Shown here in pieces: positions 13,698 through 24,450 of a DNA stretch of 64,000 bases. The position numbers were made by a program, and so were the translations under genes. Position 1 is the first letter of the stretch; every line of letters starts with the position of its first letter. The stretch is from Moniliella sp. 'wahieum'. Taxonomy: Eukaryota. The notes beneath the pieces were generated by a model, which saw only the letters and a program-made list of their open reading frames with translations, ran no database searches and was not told the DNA's origin. Where the stretch lies: assembly GCA_003971905.1 (NCBI GenBank), contig RSEE01000026.1, forward strand, positions 248,001-312,000, written 5' to 3'.

Positions 13698-14492
13698 GGT
13701 CGAAAAGGTGGTTGTGGTTAGTCAAAGGCGAGTCGAAAAGTGCTCTTCCTACGCCTGAAAACCAATAACCCTACTGTGCATCTTAGTAATGCGCAATTGA
13801 TTGGTCAGCCGGTCAGCTCGGAAAAATGGAAAGGATACCGCCAATCATCGATTGTTAATGGTTAATGGTCGGTGACCGGTGATCACACGATCAATCTTTC
13901 ACGTTTCAAACTTCAATCCTACATTTTCATGCCATGCTTTTCCTGTTTCTCCGCATCTGTGTTGGACGTTCATTTTAAGTTCATAAACGGCCCCACGCCC
14001 CACGCTGATAGCATTTTGCTGTGTTTTATACTTGGCCGAATGTATGTGGGGGATGGGGGGGCATGGGTCCCATCCAGGGCCACGATTCCTCACTAGTCAC
14101 TTCTCTAAAAGAATTCATTTCCTGTGAATTGTTCCTCTCTCCCTCTCCGTCACATCCCCATCAGAACCCTGGCCGCTTTCAAAAAACCGTCTCATCACAG
14201 GAGGTCAGAAGAGGCTTGAGGCGAGGGAAACGATATAGTCTTCGAGACAAAAGGTCGTTGGGAAATGTAGGAAGTGCTCATTGAGAAGAACCAAGAGAAC
14301 AGGCCATGGAACAAGTCAGGTGGGAAGCGAAAAGAGCCAAAGGTCCGTCAGGAAAATAACGGGGAAAAGAGGGAGGAAAGACCAGTATTATCTATTGTAT
14401 GATGTTGATGCCGCCTCTTGTTGGGGCGATGCCCCAATCACCCCTCTCTTATCCGCCCAGACTCTCCAACTGTGCTCCCCGGTACCCTCCGA

Positions 14493-14590
14493 TATATATA
14501 ACCCTACCCTTCTCACAACCTCCTGTACCTCTCCTCAGAACCACATCCTCTATTCTCCTCCTTCTTCAGCACCTCTTCTTCCTCTAGGCT
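14493..14590 (+). promoter_or_regulatory. TATA box followed by a pyrimidine-rich initiator-like tract, upstream of the structured segment
   Basis: TATATATAA at 14493-14501, then ~90 nt of C/T-rich sequence resembling the tracts in front of protein-coding genes in this window. Confidence 0.5.
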
Positions 14591-14592
14591 TC

Positions 14593-16384
14593 TATCGCGG
14601 GCGAAGTCGGGCTGGCAAGCCCTGTCGAGCTTGCGCGCACCCTTTGCCTTCCTAACCTCGTCCCCAGGTTGGTCATCCTGGTCATCGGGAAATCCGGTCT
14701 GATCCGATCTCTGCTGAAGCGCTGAGTCCCGCCTGCTCATCGATAGGGCTCGCTCCCAAATCCAATCCAGTTAGCGTCCCCACCCGTGCCATCACCGGTT
14801 CTACGCATCCGCGCGACAATAATAGTCTCCTCCCCAGTGAATTGGTAACCACCGCGTGGCCACACCGAATCGTCAGTATCCTACTTTGAGGCCATAGTCG
14901 CTCCGTTCTCTTTTACGTTACCTGTCTAGGTGGTCCGTGCGGCAACTCTCCCCCTGTTTTCCCTTGTCCCAAGTTCTTCCTCAATTGCGTTGTTTCTCTA
15001 TGAGACCCTGTATTTAGCAATGGTTCGTGGTTTCCCCCACGGCTCATTGGTGTTTCCCCCCTAATGCCCTCGCCAATTCACCAACCCAGTACGGGCAACT
15101 TCCCCTTTTATTTGATCCTGCGCTTAATTCCCGACCTCGTCTTCCAGCTCTCCGTCCTTCACAGTCAACCCAGTTCGCGTGTTCCCTCCACTTGCCATGT
15201 CGAAGCTCAGCTCAGTTTAACCGCGTGTAATCCCCCTTCCGCAGCTACGCCACCCCCAGTCCCAGTCGAGATCCACTTCTGGCACTGTTTGTCCGCCGCT
15301 GTGGGCTTCAGGCACGTTACTACTACCCAACGCAGTGCTGAGGAGCCTTAACAGGCTTGCAAACGCTTCTGATATGCGCCGAGAGGCCTCTTCCTGTCCC
15401 TAGCCCGGCTCGGACCCACCAATCAGCCCAAGTACGTAAATACCGTGAGTCGACCTTAGGGAATCCAAGGGATTGTACCTGCCACGGCGGGCGCCGCCAG
15501 GGGGCCCGCCCTGGGGTTTTGGGGTGCAATCCCTTAGGCGACGGTAGGCGGTAGTTTCGGGCTTGGGCTGGTTGGTCTACCCGAGCGGAGCTAGGGACGA
15601 GGAGAGGCCTTTGGTGGGGCGGCCCCTCTTGTGGCAAGGCTGCGTCTGCACCGGCTTGGGCCGTAGTAACGTGTCTGAAGCCTCCAACAGGGCTTAGGGA
15701 TGGGAGGAGGCAGAGGGGGACAAACATTGCCTCAACTGAGACTGGAAATCGGCGCGGCCAGAGGAGGGCTCGCGCGGCTGGACTGACGGATTGCTGGAAG
15801 ACGAGCTAGGAGTAGAAGTCGGACCCTAACAAGAGGAGGCTGCCTGTACTGGATCAATTGACTGGAAAACGGGAAGGAGTCGGACAGGATAGGCTAGAGG
15901 GGTAGACGGGGGGTTGACGAGAATGGAAGGTGGGGGAAAGAATCCCCATCAACCAGGGGTACAGGGAAGATCAAAAGGGAAACGGATACAAGAGGGGGCG
16001 TAGAAAGGAAGACACGTCAAAAGCGGGGTGGTCGCCGCAGGCGCGACCGAGAAAGGAAAGGAAACGGGGACGGGGCGACAGTCGTCGCGACGACATGGGA
16101 AGCTCTCGGCGGCCTTATTTAGGTTAGCCAACTTGGACTTGGGCGGGGGGGGGCGACTATACTGTCGCGCGGGTGCATGGCCCTTCGGGCCACTGTACTT
16201 AATTTAGCCAACCATCATCACACTGGTTAGCCTGCGGGGTACGCTCTACTGAAAATATGCGCGGAGCACAGGCGGGCCTTAGCTTGGATCGGACCATCTC
16301 GAGTCTGCCGCAGCCCTTGACATGTGACAGTACCCCTAAATAGCCCCTCCCCGGCAGGCCCCCTGGCGGCGACCGCCCGTGACA
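14593..16384 (+). ncRNA. Candidate ~1.8 kb rod-like (long imperfect hairpin) non-coding RNA of unknown class
   Basis: More than 15 nested complementary helices symmetric about ~15497, many with G-U pairs on the + strand (listed in findings). No credible ORF. Confidence 0.6.
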
Positions 16385-17010
16385 AAACTTCTTTCCATTG
16401 GTATTCCATTCGTATTCAGCGCAATAGTGTATACGATCAGCTTCACCCATTGCCCGCGCAACAAAACCGAGCATCGAGAAGATCTAAGGGATTTAATATG
16501 TAAGACCTAGATATCCTAAAAGATCTAACAACAGTAGGTTGAATGTTCGTTGGCCCGGTAGTTCAGGGTTCAGCCTGAAATCAGACGGAGTTAGTGGCTT
16601 TTTGTGAACTCCGTGAGGGGCATCCCATGGTATCCCCCGGCATTCCAATCAGTAATCGGTAATCATATTGATCGATCATGTCGATCATCGACACTATAAA
16701 TGATAAAAGTCCAGGGTCCTCCCTGGTATAGTTACGCGCAGCGTTGCGCATTTTATATGGATCCCGTCGGTCGCCACAGTTACCATTGTAGCTACTAGTT
16801 GCAAGTATAGTTAGCGGGTTTTACCGTCGGTTACCTTGGACTGTGTTGAGCCATCAGGTGGCTCGTGCTTTGGCCAATGCCCCTTCAGCTCCTCAGGCCT
16901 GGGAGTTCCGTTGTTTTCCCTCTCCTGTTTTTCCTTGTTCCGCAGCTTAGCCCCTGGTGACGACTCGCCGCCTGATGTTCCTCTGTAGGCGTTGCTGGTT
17001 GGCTTAGACC

Positions 17011-17034
17011 TTAGGGTTAGCTAACCCTAACCCT
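17011..17034. repeat. Interstitial head-to-head telomeric repeat TTAGGGTTAG/CTAACCCTAACCCT
   Basis: Perfect 20-bp palindrome ttagggttagctaaccctaa at 17011-17030, plus an extra ccct. Confidence 0.7.
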
Positions 17035-17112
17035 TAAGGCTGGGACAGGGAAACGCTACGCCTAAACCGACCCGTTCATCTTGCATGTGTTACATGGTAG
17101 CGCCAAAGGATC
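17033..17112 (+). repeat. Local dispersed repeat, copy 1
   Basis: cttaaggctgggacagggaaacgctacgcctaaaccgacccgttcatctt.. matches 18207-18290 over ~80 bp. Confidence 0.85.
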
Positions 17113-17860
17113 AGTACGGTGTACTCACAGTGCACTCAGTACTCAGAAGAGCCACAAAGTGTGGCGTCACGGCATGTCTGAGTTGGGATGCTCGCAATAA
17201 AGTGCTAAAATTTAGCCACCCCAAAGCGCTCACGCGCTGAGGCTCAGCCGCCTCGTGTCATCGATGTCACCATGTCACCATGTCATATCTGTCACACGCT
17301 TCACATATCACACGATGTGTCACGCGTGTCAAGCTCCATTGTCCTGCGCGTTATCGATCAGCGCTCAGCCACTCATCGATCATCGATCATCTGTCACCGG
17401 GTCACCCGTCACATGTTATGCATGTTATGCATGTCATTAACATTTGTCACATGCTGTGTCGCAGACTTGTTTGTGCGGCACGTCCAAACAAAAAGATACG
17501 GGGTAATCGAAATCCATCTAAACGACCTAAACGATGAACGATAGATCGATAAGGCGGCAACACCAGTAATACATACTGGCGTAACGAATGAGATATTCTT
17601 CAAGAGCGTATGCGTTGAACGTTGCACGTCGTCGAACGTTGAGATCGAGTCGCGATTAGCCGATACTTTTTCAAGCGTGCATTAGGTAGCACAATCCACA
17701 GCACTACTCTCAGTACCCAGTCTGAGGTGAGGCGTCAGGCCTCAGCAGTGTATGTTCTAAGATTCTTTTCAGAAAACATATATGAAGCAGAGTTCTACGT
17801 TTATGCATGTCAAAAGGCTTCCCAGATATCCCCTTCTGCTCCGGACTCATGCAGTACTTG

Positions 17861-17930
17861 TAGTCACTAGTATAGTCACTAGAGTCAGTAGTATAGTCAC
17901 TAGAGTCACTAGTATAGTTACTAGTTACTG
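17861..17930. repeat. Degenerate tandem array of GTCACTAG/ACTAGT words
   Basis: tagtcactagtatagtcactagagtcagtagtatagtcactagagtcactagtatagttactagttact. Confidence 0.75.
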
Positions 17931-18173
17931 TGTTATAGGTTGCGAAAGCGGTGAAAAGGGTTGTCGATCAGTAAATCTATTAGAAACCTGTGTAATATGG
18001 TGCATGTCGTACATAAAAACCGGATACCCCACTGCCAAGGTCAATCCGGACTTTTAGAGAAGATGTATGTAGAGACGAGAAAACACCGTTGTTTGTACAC
18101 AAGCGAAACAAAAAGCCTTATTGCAGAGAGCGTGATTGTGCCACTGCATTGAGGCAGCTCGGTAACTAAGAGA

Positions 18174-18290
18174 GCCTCCTACGTTGCGTCCATATCATTG
18201 ACAGAGCTTAAGGCTGGGACAGGGGGAACGCTACGTCTAAACCGAACCGTTCATCTTACGGGGGTTACTTGGAAGCACCGCCAAGGTCAG
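18174..18290 (+). repeat. Local dispersed repeat, copy 2 (longest; overlaps copies 1 and 3)
   Basis: gcctc..tgcgtccatatcattgacagagcttaaggctgggacagggggaacgctacgtctaaaccgaaccgttcatctt. Confidence 0.85.
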
Positions 18291-19111
18291 GGAACCAGGC
18301 GGTTCGCCAGGATACTACACATCTATGTGGGTACTCGGCAATCGAGCAATAACGCGAACGCCTGGGTTGCGTTACGCATCATTTCACTTCATATTACTCC
18401 CCTGTCCGATCGCCAGGAGTAACCTGTAAGCCGAGGGAGTATTCTCGTTATAATCAGTATACAAACATGTGACAATGGGGATAGAGAAGACCCTCCTCGG
18501 ACTCATGGGCTCCATGGAATGTGGATAGTCTCGCGCCCACTCTACCTTCAAGCTTCAACCCACACTCTACCTTCAACAACCGCGCAAACACTATTGTCAT
18601 GTATGTACCTGTCCTACTGATATGACCCCATTGTCTTCATCGCTTCAAAAAGGTTCTGTAATCATGATCGACTTTCGCGTGAAGGTGACTAAGATCGTAC
18701 TAAGAGGAGAAAACCCCGTGCCCATAGTGCCCCCCCACCCCCCTCAACAGATACTGCTATTGCATCATCGCGATTGTTTACCACACGAGCATTCCTATCT
18801 AGCCGATGTCTGTAGCCATCTGGAATGATTAATTGTGGGATGCAGCTGAGGCCCACCGCTCACACGCATCATAGATAGACCAGTAACAAGACGTACTATT
18901 CACAATCAATAGTAGCCGCGTTTTGTGGTGTTTAAAACACTACAACGCTATAGGTGTACAGGATAAGTCGCAGGACCGCCAAACAAGTATTTAAAGCCCC
19001 CTCCTCTCCGGCGTCGCAACCGTTTTCCCACCACCACCCTCGCCTCACTCTCCCTGAACACGACAAACCCTCTTCCTTCCCTTGTATTTTGCCTTTGCCC
19101 GCTTTTTTACC

Positions 19112-19727
19112 ATGAAGTTCCTCTCTCTCGCTGCCTTTGCTGCCCTCGCCATCACGGCCGTCTCGGCAGCTTCTACTGGGAACCGCGCAATGGTTGCCGA
19201 GGCTCGCGCCCTGCAGGCGCAACCCCGCGCCTCTTCTGGCTTTGTGCCTGTTGCACGTCGTGGCGACGCCCCCACGGGTGTGTTGCAGAATGTGGGCCAG
19301 CTCGTTTCTCTCATTGAGAAGGGTCTTGGAATTACCGCACTCGAAAATCAGATTGACCAGACCCTCGGTGGCTCTCTCGTATGTTACGCCTCCTTGATCT
19401 CTAAAGAGAACGCGCTAACCCCTTTCTCAATCTAGACCCAAATTGAAAACACCCTTGGTCTGACCCAGGCTGAGAAATCCCTCGGCCTAACCCAGGGCAC
19501 GCTGCCGGATGGTGTGATCGAAAAGCTCGGCAACCTGATTAAGTACATCGATAATGCCCTCGGTATGTTCAACCCTTGCCTTCTCCACTTTCATTACTGA
19601 CTTTATATGGATCACAGGCGTCACCACTCTCGAGGACAAGCTTAACGGCCTGCTGGGTGGCACCGTGAGCGAGATCGAGGACAAGCTCGGCCTCAGCTAC
19701 CTCTTGCAGCAGCTCGGCATTGAGTAA
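19112..19727 (+). CDS. Small secreted, cysteine-free protein with two internal amphipathic repeats
   Basis: Signal peptide MKFLSLAAFAALAITAVSA and dibasic RR. Introns 19379-19435 and 19563-19617 (both GTATGT..AG) splice in frame to ..LGLSYLLQQLGIE*. TATTTAAA at ~18988. Confidence 0.88.
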
Positions 19728-22135
19728 TGCTTACCGGCACTTCTATTCTCGTTCAATCACGCCTGTGGCGTCCATTTGCTGATCTTACAGGGCTGACAGC
19801 TACTATGGATGGAGGTTGCTACTGTGTTAATGTCCCTTATTATTCTACTTTTTAAAAACAAAACCTGGTCTTTTTGTAACAGCGGGGCTAAGCGAGGGAG
19901 ACCACAAGGTCATGGTAGAGATGGGGGATTGCCAAGCTGATTCGCGGTAGGAACAAGCGGCATCTGGTCGAGAAAACAGAAGCAAAAGGGAAGGGGGAAG
20001 GGACCGATACCAGGGAGGCAGAATTGGAAATTGGAGGGAGCTCAATCTCCGTCATAGCCTTCTATGTGGTATAAACATATCGTAACACACACGCCGCGTG
20101 GTATACATCAGTTACAGCATGTATATACTGTTTCCGGTGAAATGCCGGAAAGGGTTTAGTCCGTGGCATCCATTCTTGGACCGTATCTTTCCTCTCGATG
20201 TATGACCAGGACCACTACATCCTGCTGTTCATGGACCCACTTATGACAACGTTCAATGCGCTTCCATGTGAGCAAAAAGAATAAGAGACCTCACGTATCC
20301 ATCCAAGGCTTGAGAGGTGCAAGCGATTGTAAAGCACAGTTTCCTTCTACATAATTCTTCTCTCTGTCTTCTATGTATATATGCTGCCACCTGTGCGACC
20401 TGCAACTTCTGAAAATTATAGAGGCACTGCCGCCACTGCAATGGAGAAAATGAGGAAGCGAGAGAACTATAATGCAGGAGGTCGCGTCTTTTGAGAGGGA
20501 GGGGGTCCTCTCGGCATTCCCGTTTGAAGTCACTATAGAGAGCTGGGTGGGGTTGCCGCTGACGCACACATTCCAATGCTCACGAAATCACCATGGCACT
20601 TATTTGGCGACGTGTAGCAAGACGCACAGAAAACGGTAGGTGTTTGGACCCAAAAAGACATGCCCGGATCACAGTGTCGAGCCTGTTGATCTCCACTGTT
20701 TTCTCGCGCCGTGGCCCACATCATGTTGGCTTATACATCGTTGAGAGACAATGAAGCTTTTCGTGCTTATAAAAGACTGGCTGAGGAATGAGGTCCAGCT
20801 ACATGCAGTGTAGCTGCACAAAACAAACCCCCACCATGGCTCACATACGCAACGGTGTCTTTTATAAAACGCCTGCCTTTTTGGGGCCTCTTATTCTACC
20901 TGCTGGGTTCTATTATGTGGTGATTTTCACTGGCTAGTGCACTCTCATATGTGACTACATGTTATAGAGTCAACTTTACTAACCCAAGTCTGTTCATGTT
21001 TTCTTACAACATCTCCATTGATCATCATGATGCACGAGAGATGCCGCACATCTTTTTCAAACAGTTCCGTTAATGGCCGTTCCAATCGCATTTGTGATTA
21101 CATGAACAAAAAGACGTCCGCATCTTTATATAACATGTTCCATGGTCCACCGTTCCATATATGGGCGCAGATGGAGGGTGTGGGAGGAGAGCTGTGGTTA
21201 TTACGCCATGGGCTGTTCTTTGCGCCCCGTTGACTCAGAAATACTAATGCACGGTTGACTTCTACCGTAATCGTATGCAGATTAGAGATGTTTCATATCT
21301 TCGTCCTGGCTCACACGTCTTCCAAGCTCATTATTCGTATCAGTCTACGCGCCCTATACATCTGGTTTAGAAGCGATAATGGCGGGAGGCAGAGCGTCCC
21401 CACCACCTGCTAGTGACCCCACTGTGGTCTTCTATATATAATTGGGTTTTGGCATGAGCAAGAAACACCACACACGCCACGGGAGCGACCCTGACAGCAT
21501 CAGCGTTTCTATATAATAGTGTCTCTGTTATAAGTGTTCTATGTGTAGAGATGCCATGAATTCAGAATGCACTAGTAAGAGAGACGTATATATGCCTCTT
21601 CTATATTACCGTGTATAAACAACACTCGCCCGCTTTTTTGATAGTACACACCTTCAATTTGATCTTCACTCTCTCGTCGCATGCCAAAATGTATTACAGG
21701 GCTTGTGACATTTACAGGATATCATAAGAGCAATTAGGGAGAGCAACCAACTTGCCGACTATACTATACTATTCTACGTCCCCCCCGGTGTTCATACATG
21801 GTCGTATTTACGTGTGGTCTCTTATACTTCTTTTTCTCCTTAGCAGTGGCAGGACTCCGTATCTCTGTCAGTCCGTCACTTTTTTCACCTTTACTGAATG
21901 CGGTGTATAGAATGTGAGGCAGGCATGGATAGAGGCATGGTAATTCACAACCAACATCAACACAGGAAAGCCGCTGGATCACTTCCTAACCTCAAACAAA
22001 GGATTGAAGCTGGTCCTTGGGCGAGCGACGGGGGGAGCCAAACATATCGGGGTGGGCTTTCAAAATGCACCGTTATTGAGCTTGCCAGCATCCTGTTTCC
22101 AGCAAAAGTCCGTACATAGTTACGAGGCCCTTTGG

Positions 22136-22190
22136 GCCTCATATACTGCATCCATATCATTGACAGAGCTTAAGGCTGGGACAGGGAAAC
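22136..22190 (+). repeat. Local dispersed repeat, copy 3
   Basis: gcctcatatactgcatccatatcattgacagagcttaaggctgggacagggaaac; 36-bp core identical to copy 2. Confidence 0.85.
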
Positions 22191-24379
22191 ACCACAAAAG
22201 TTTTGCATATGACATTTTCTCTTTCGGGATGTCGTCGTGGGCAGCAGTAGACGACGTCCCCCTGGCTCTATTAGTAGCCAGCGGGAGATCTACACTAGTA
22301 CCTCTCCTCCACTCTTGTCCCACACTTGCTGTAACAATGTTGTAGTGAACATATGGGCTTATTATCATGCCCGTGATACTGCACACCCGGGGGGCTGGTG
22401 TTGTTCATGTCATGATAGTAATAGCCAGAATAAGGCCTCTGTACATCCCATTCTGACTGGCCCCGCGTTTTAAACCGATGTGAACTGATGGATCAGCACC
22501 ACTCGGACAATGGATGCATCCAGCTTCCAGATAGCGGCTGTGGAGCTCGTTCGCACCCGTATTTGCCCTCCTTTCTGGAAGCATCCTGTCCTTCATCCAT
22601 GTGGAATCTCTCCCCTCATAACAGCTGCCAAAGCGGATGAATTTGAGCAAAGTCAGAGTTGCGTACAGTTTGCTCGTCAAGTGCTTCAAGCGCCCATTTT
22701 GATGTTGGAATCACGCGTCCCACTCACTCAACTCATCTCACTTATTTATATCCGGTATGGGTTGTACGAGACCCACTGTGGTACCGCCACCGTCAGCCCA
22801 CATCTCCCGGGCCTGCATCCGATCGTACTCCGTCACGACCGATGAAAACAGAAGCACAACTATTTTGGATCCAACTGTCAAGATGACCCACAGCGAAGTC
22901 TAACGCTGAAACAGCCCCCAGAACAATTTAGTGTTGAAGCAGCATAAGTCTGAGAAGAAACGCGCGGTATGGGACAACCCAAAAGTGAGGCGTTGTCGGG
23001 GTTCGTTTGAAGGAGGGCGAAAAGGCACAAATGCGTCATCTCAATGATACAATATACAGCAAACTCCATACATACCTTTGAGACGACGACCTTCCACCCT
23101 CTGCAGAGATCGTGTCTGCGTGCACAATCTGACCTTAGTACTGACCATATCCTCTCCATTCTCTCCCATATATTCCTCACCCCCCCTCCTGCACCCAGGT
23201 TGGCCTCCTATATAGATGCTTTGGCACTCAGTTTCGCTACAGCAAACCGATCCATCACGTTCCCCTCATTATTCTACTCTACTAGACTCGCAAAGGTATT
23301 ACTTTTTCTTTCGTTTGCAGTGGTAGAAGGAAGGCAAGGGGGGTGCACAGGGAAAACAAATTGTGGTACGATCCCGCTTAGTATTCTTTTGCAGAATCCC
23401 ACCAAAAGCCTAACACAAGCAGGACTTTCTGGTTCCCTCGATCACTATAATATGGTCCTAATCGGATACATCAGCGAGAGCGAATATGAGCGGGAGTTTG
23501 CATGGCGAGAGCATATGTATGTGAGCACATTCAAATATTACTCCAATATGCCTCTTACCACTCTTTCCGTCATCATGACAATGAATCCTGGCGTCCCCAT
23601 GACCCCGGTACAGAACGCGGATCTTGTTGGTGCATACTGGTTTTTTTGGTATTGTCTTCTCACAATCTGTCCGATAGAGGGGCAATGCAGCTTTTCCTCT
23701 CTCCGAGTTTTCAGGGATTATGAACATTCCTCGTGTGCTAAATCCACCCTTCATAGCGGTGCCGGCATATCTGCCCTTTTCTTCGTTCCCGAGAGTTCCT
23801 CTCCACGCAAGCGTCATAATTTCCCTCCCCGAGAGAATCCATCACCACGTTTTCAATTGGTCTCAACTTCATCCATCACAAAAAAGTTAGTATCCATGCT
23901 TGCGGGTTGCCCTGCTGCGATATCACTTGCAGCTTCTGTTTCCACGACCGCTTTATGGAGAAAAAGTGACTTTACTATAGTCCTGTTGAAGTACCATCTT
24001 TTTGTGGCCGCTTATATAAAAGCCACACGGGTGTGATGCATGTGCTGATGTCTGATGTATGTCACAATCGGGACTTGTGCTTAGAGTGACTAGTGACTAG
24101 TTAGTGATGCTAGTGATGAGTATGTGAGTGTGAGTACTCAGATTGAGTACTAGGTGGTGCATGGTGTGGGGCGAGTGGCTGAGTTACCGGTCACCGGCAC
24201 CTGACCACTGCTCAGCCACTCAGCCTGAGCGCTAGCCAGCGCTCAGTAGGACAGCATTGCATACCTCCCCCACACACGCCAACGCAACGCACCGGCTTGT
24301 CGTGGCCAGGGAGAGAGGGGGGCGACAGGGGCGGAATAGATAGGAGTTAATGCTTAGCGCTTATTAGCAGCGAGCACCC

Positions 24380-24450
24380 GTCGAGCATCGAGCATCGGGC
24401 ATTGAGCGTCGAGCGTCGAGCGTCGAGCATCGAGCATCGAGCATCGAGCA
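24380..24450. repeat. Heptamer tandem repeat (TCGAGCR) x ~10
   Basis: gtcgagcatcgagcatcgggcattgagcgtcgagcgtcgagcgtcgagcatcgagcatcgagcatcgagca. Confidence 0.85.

Noticed and set aside
14686..14702. GGGAAATCCGGTCTG resembling RNase P conserved region I
   Set aside because: No matching CR-V/P4 partner near the 3' end, and the segment is paired in the rod.
15336..15370. CTGAGGA + stem GCCT/AGGC as a possible hammerhead ribozyme core
   Set aside because: The stem is followed by TTGCAAAC rather than GAAA, no stem III or cleavage triplet could be built, and the segment pairs within the rod.
14499..15830. Telomerase-template-like words (TAACCCTAC at 14499, CCTAACCT at 14651, ACCCTAAC at 15823)
   Set aside because: They overlap the TATA box, are imperfect, or sit in a small internal loop. 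No pseudoknot or CR4/5-like element was identified, so a telomerase RNA call is not supported and is kept only as a hypothesis.
15930..16127. Short basic ORF, superficially like a nucleic-acid-binding or delta-antigen-like peptide
   Set aside because: Only 65 aa with a GTG start; its K/R/G/E content is the expected translation of the purine-rich arm.
16140..16384. Polypurine tract followed by TGTCGCG...CGTGACA, resembling the PPT and 3' LTR of a gypsy element
   Set aside because: No matching direct-repeat 5' LTR and no gag/pol remnants. These sequences are instead the inverted partners of 14593-14835 within the rod.
23044..24036. 330-aa + strand ORF in the island
   Set aside because: No recognisable domain or typical codon bias; cannot be distinguished from a chance or decayed ORF without a homology search.
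17033..24450. Repeats as a possible CRISPR-like array
   Set aside because: Eukaryotic context, irregular kb-scale spacing, no constant repeat-spacer period and no cas genes.
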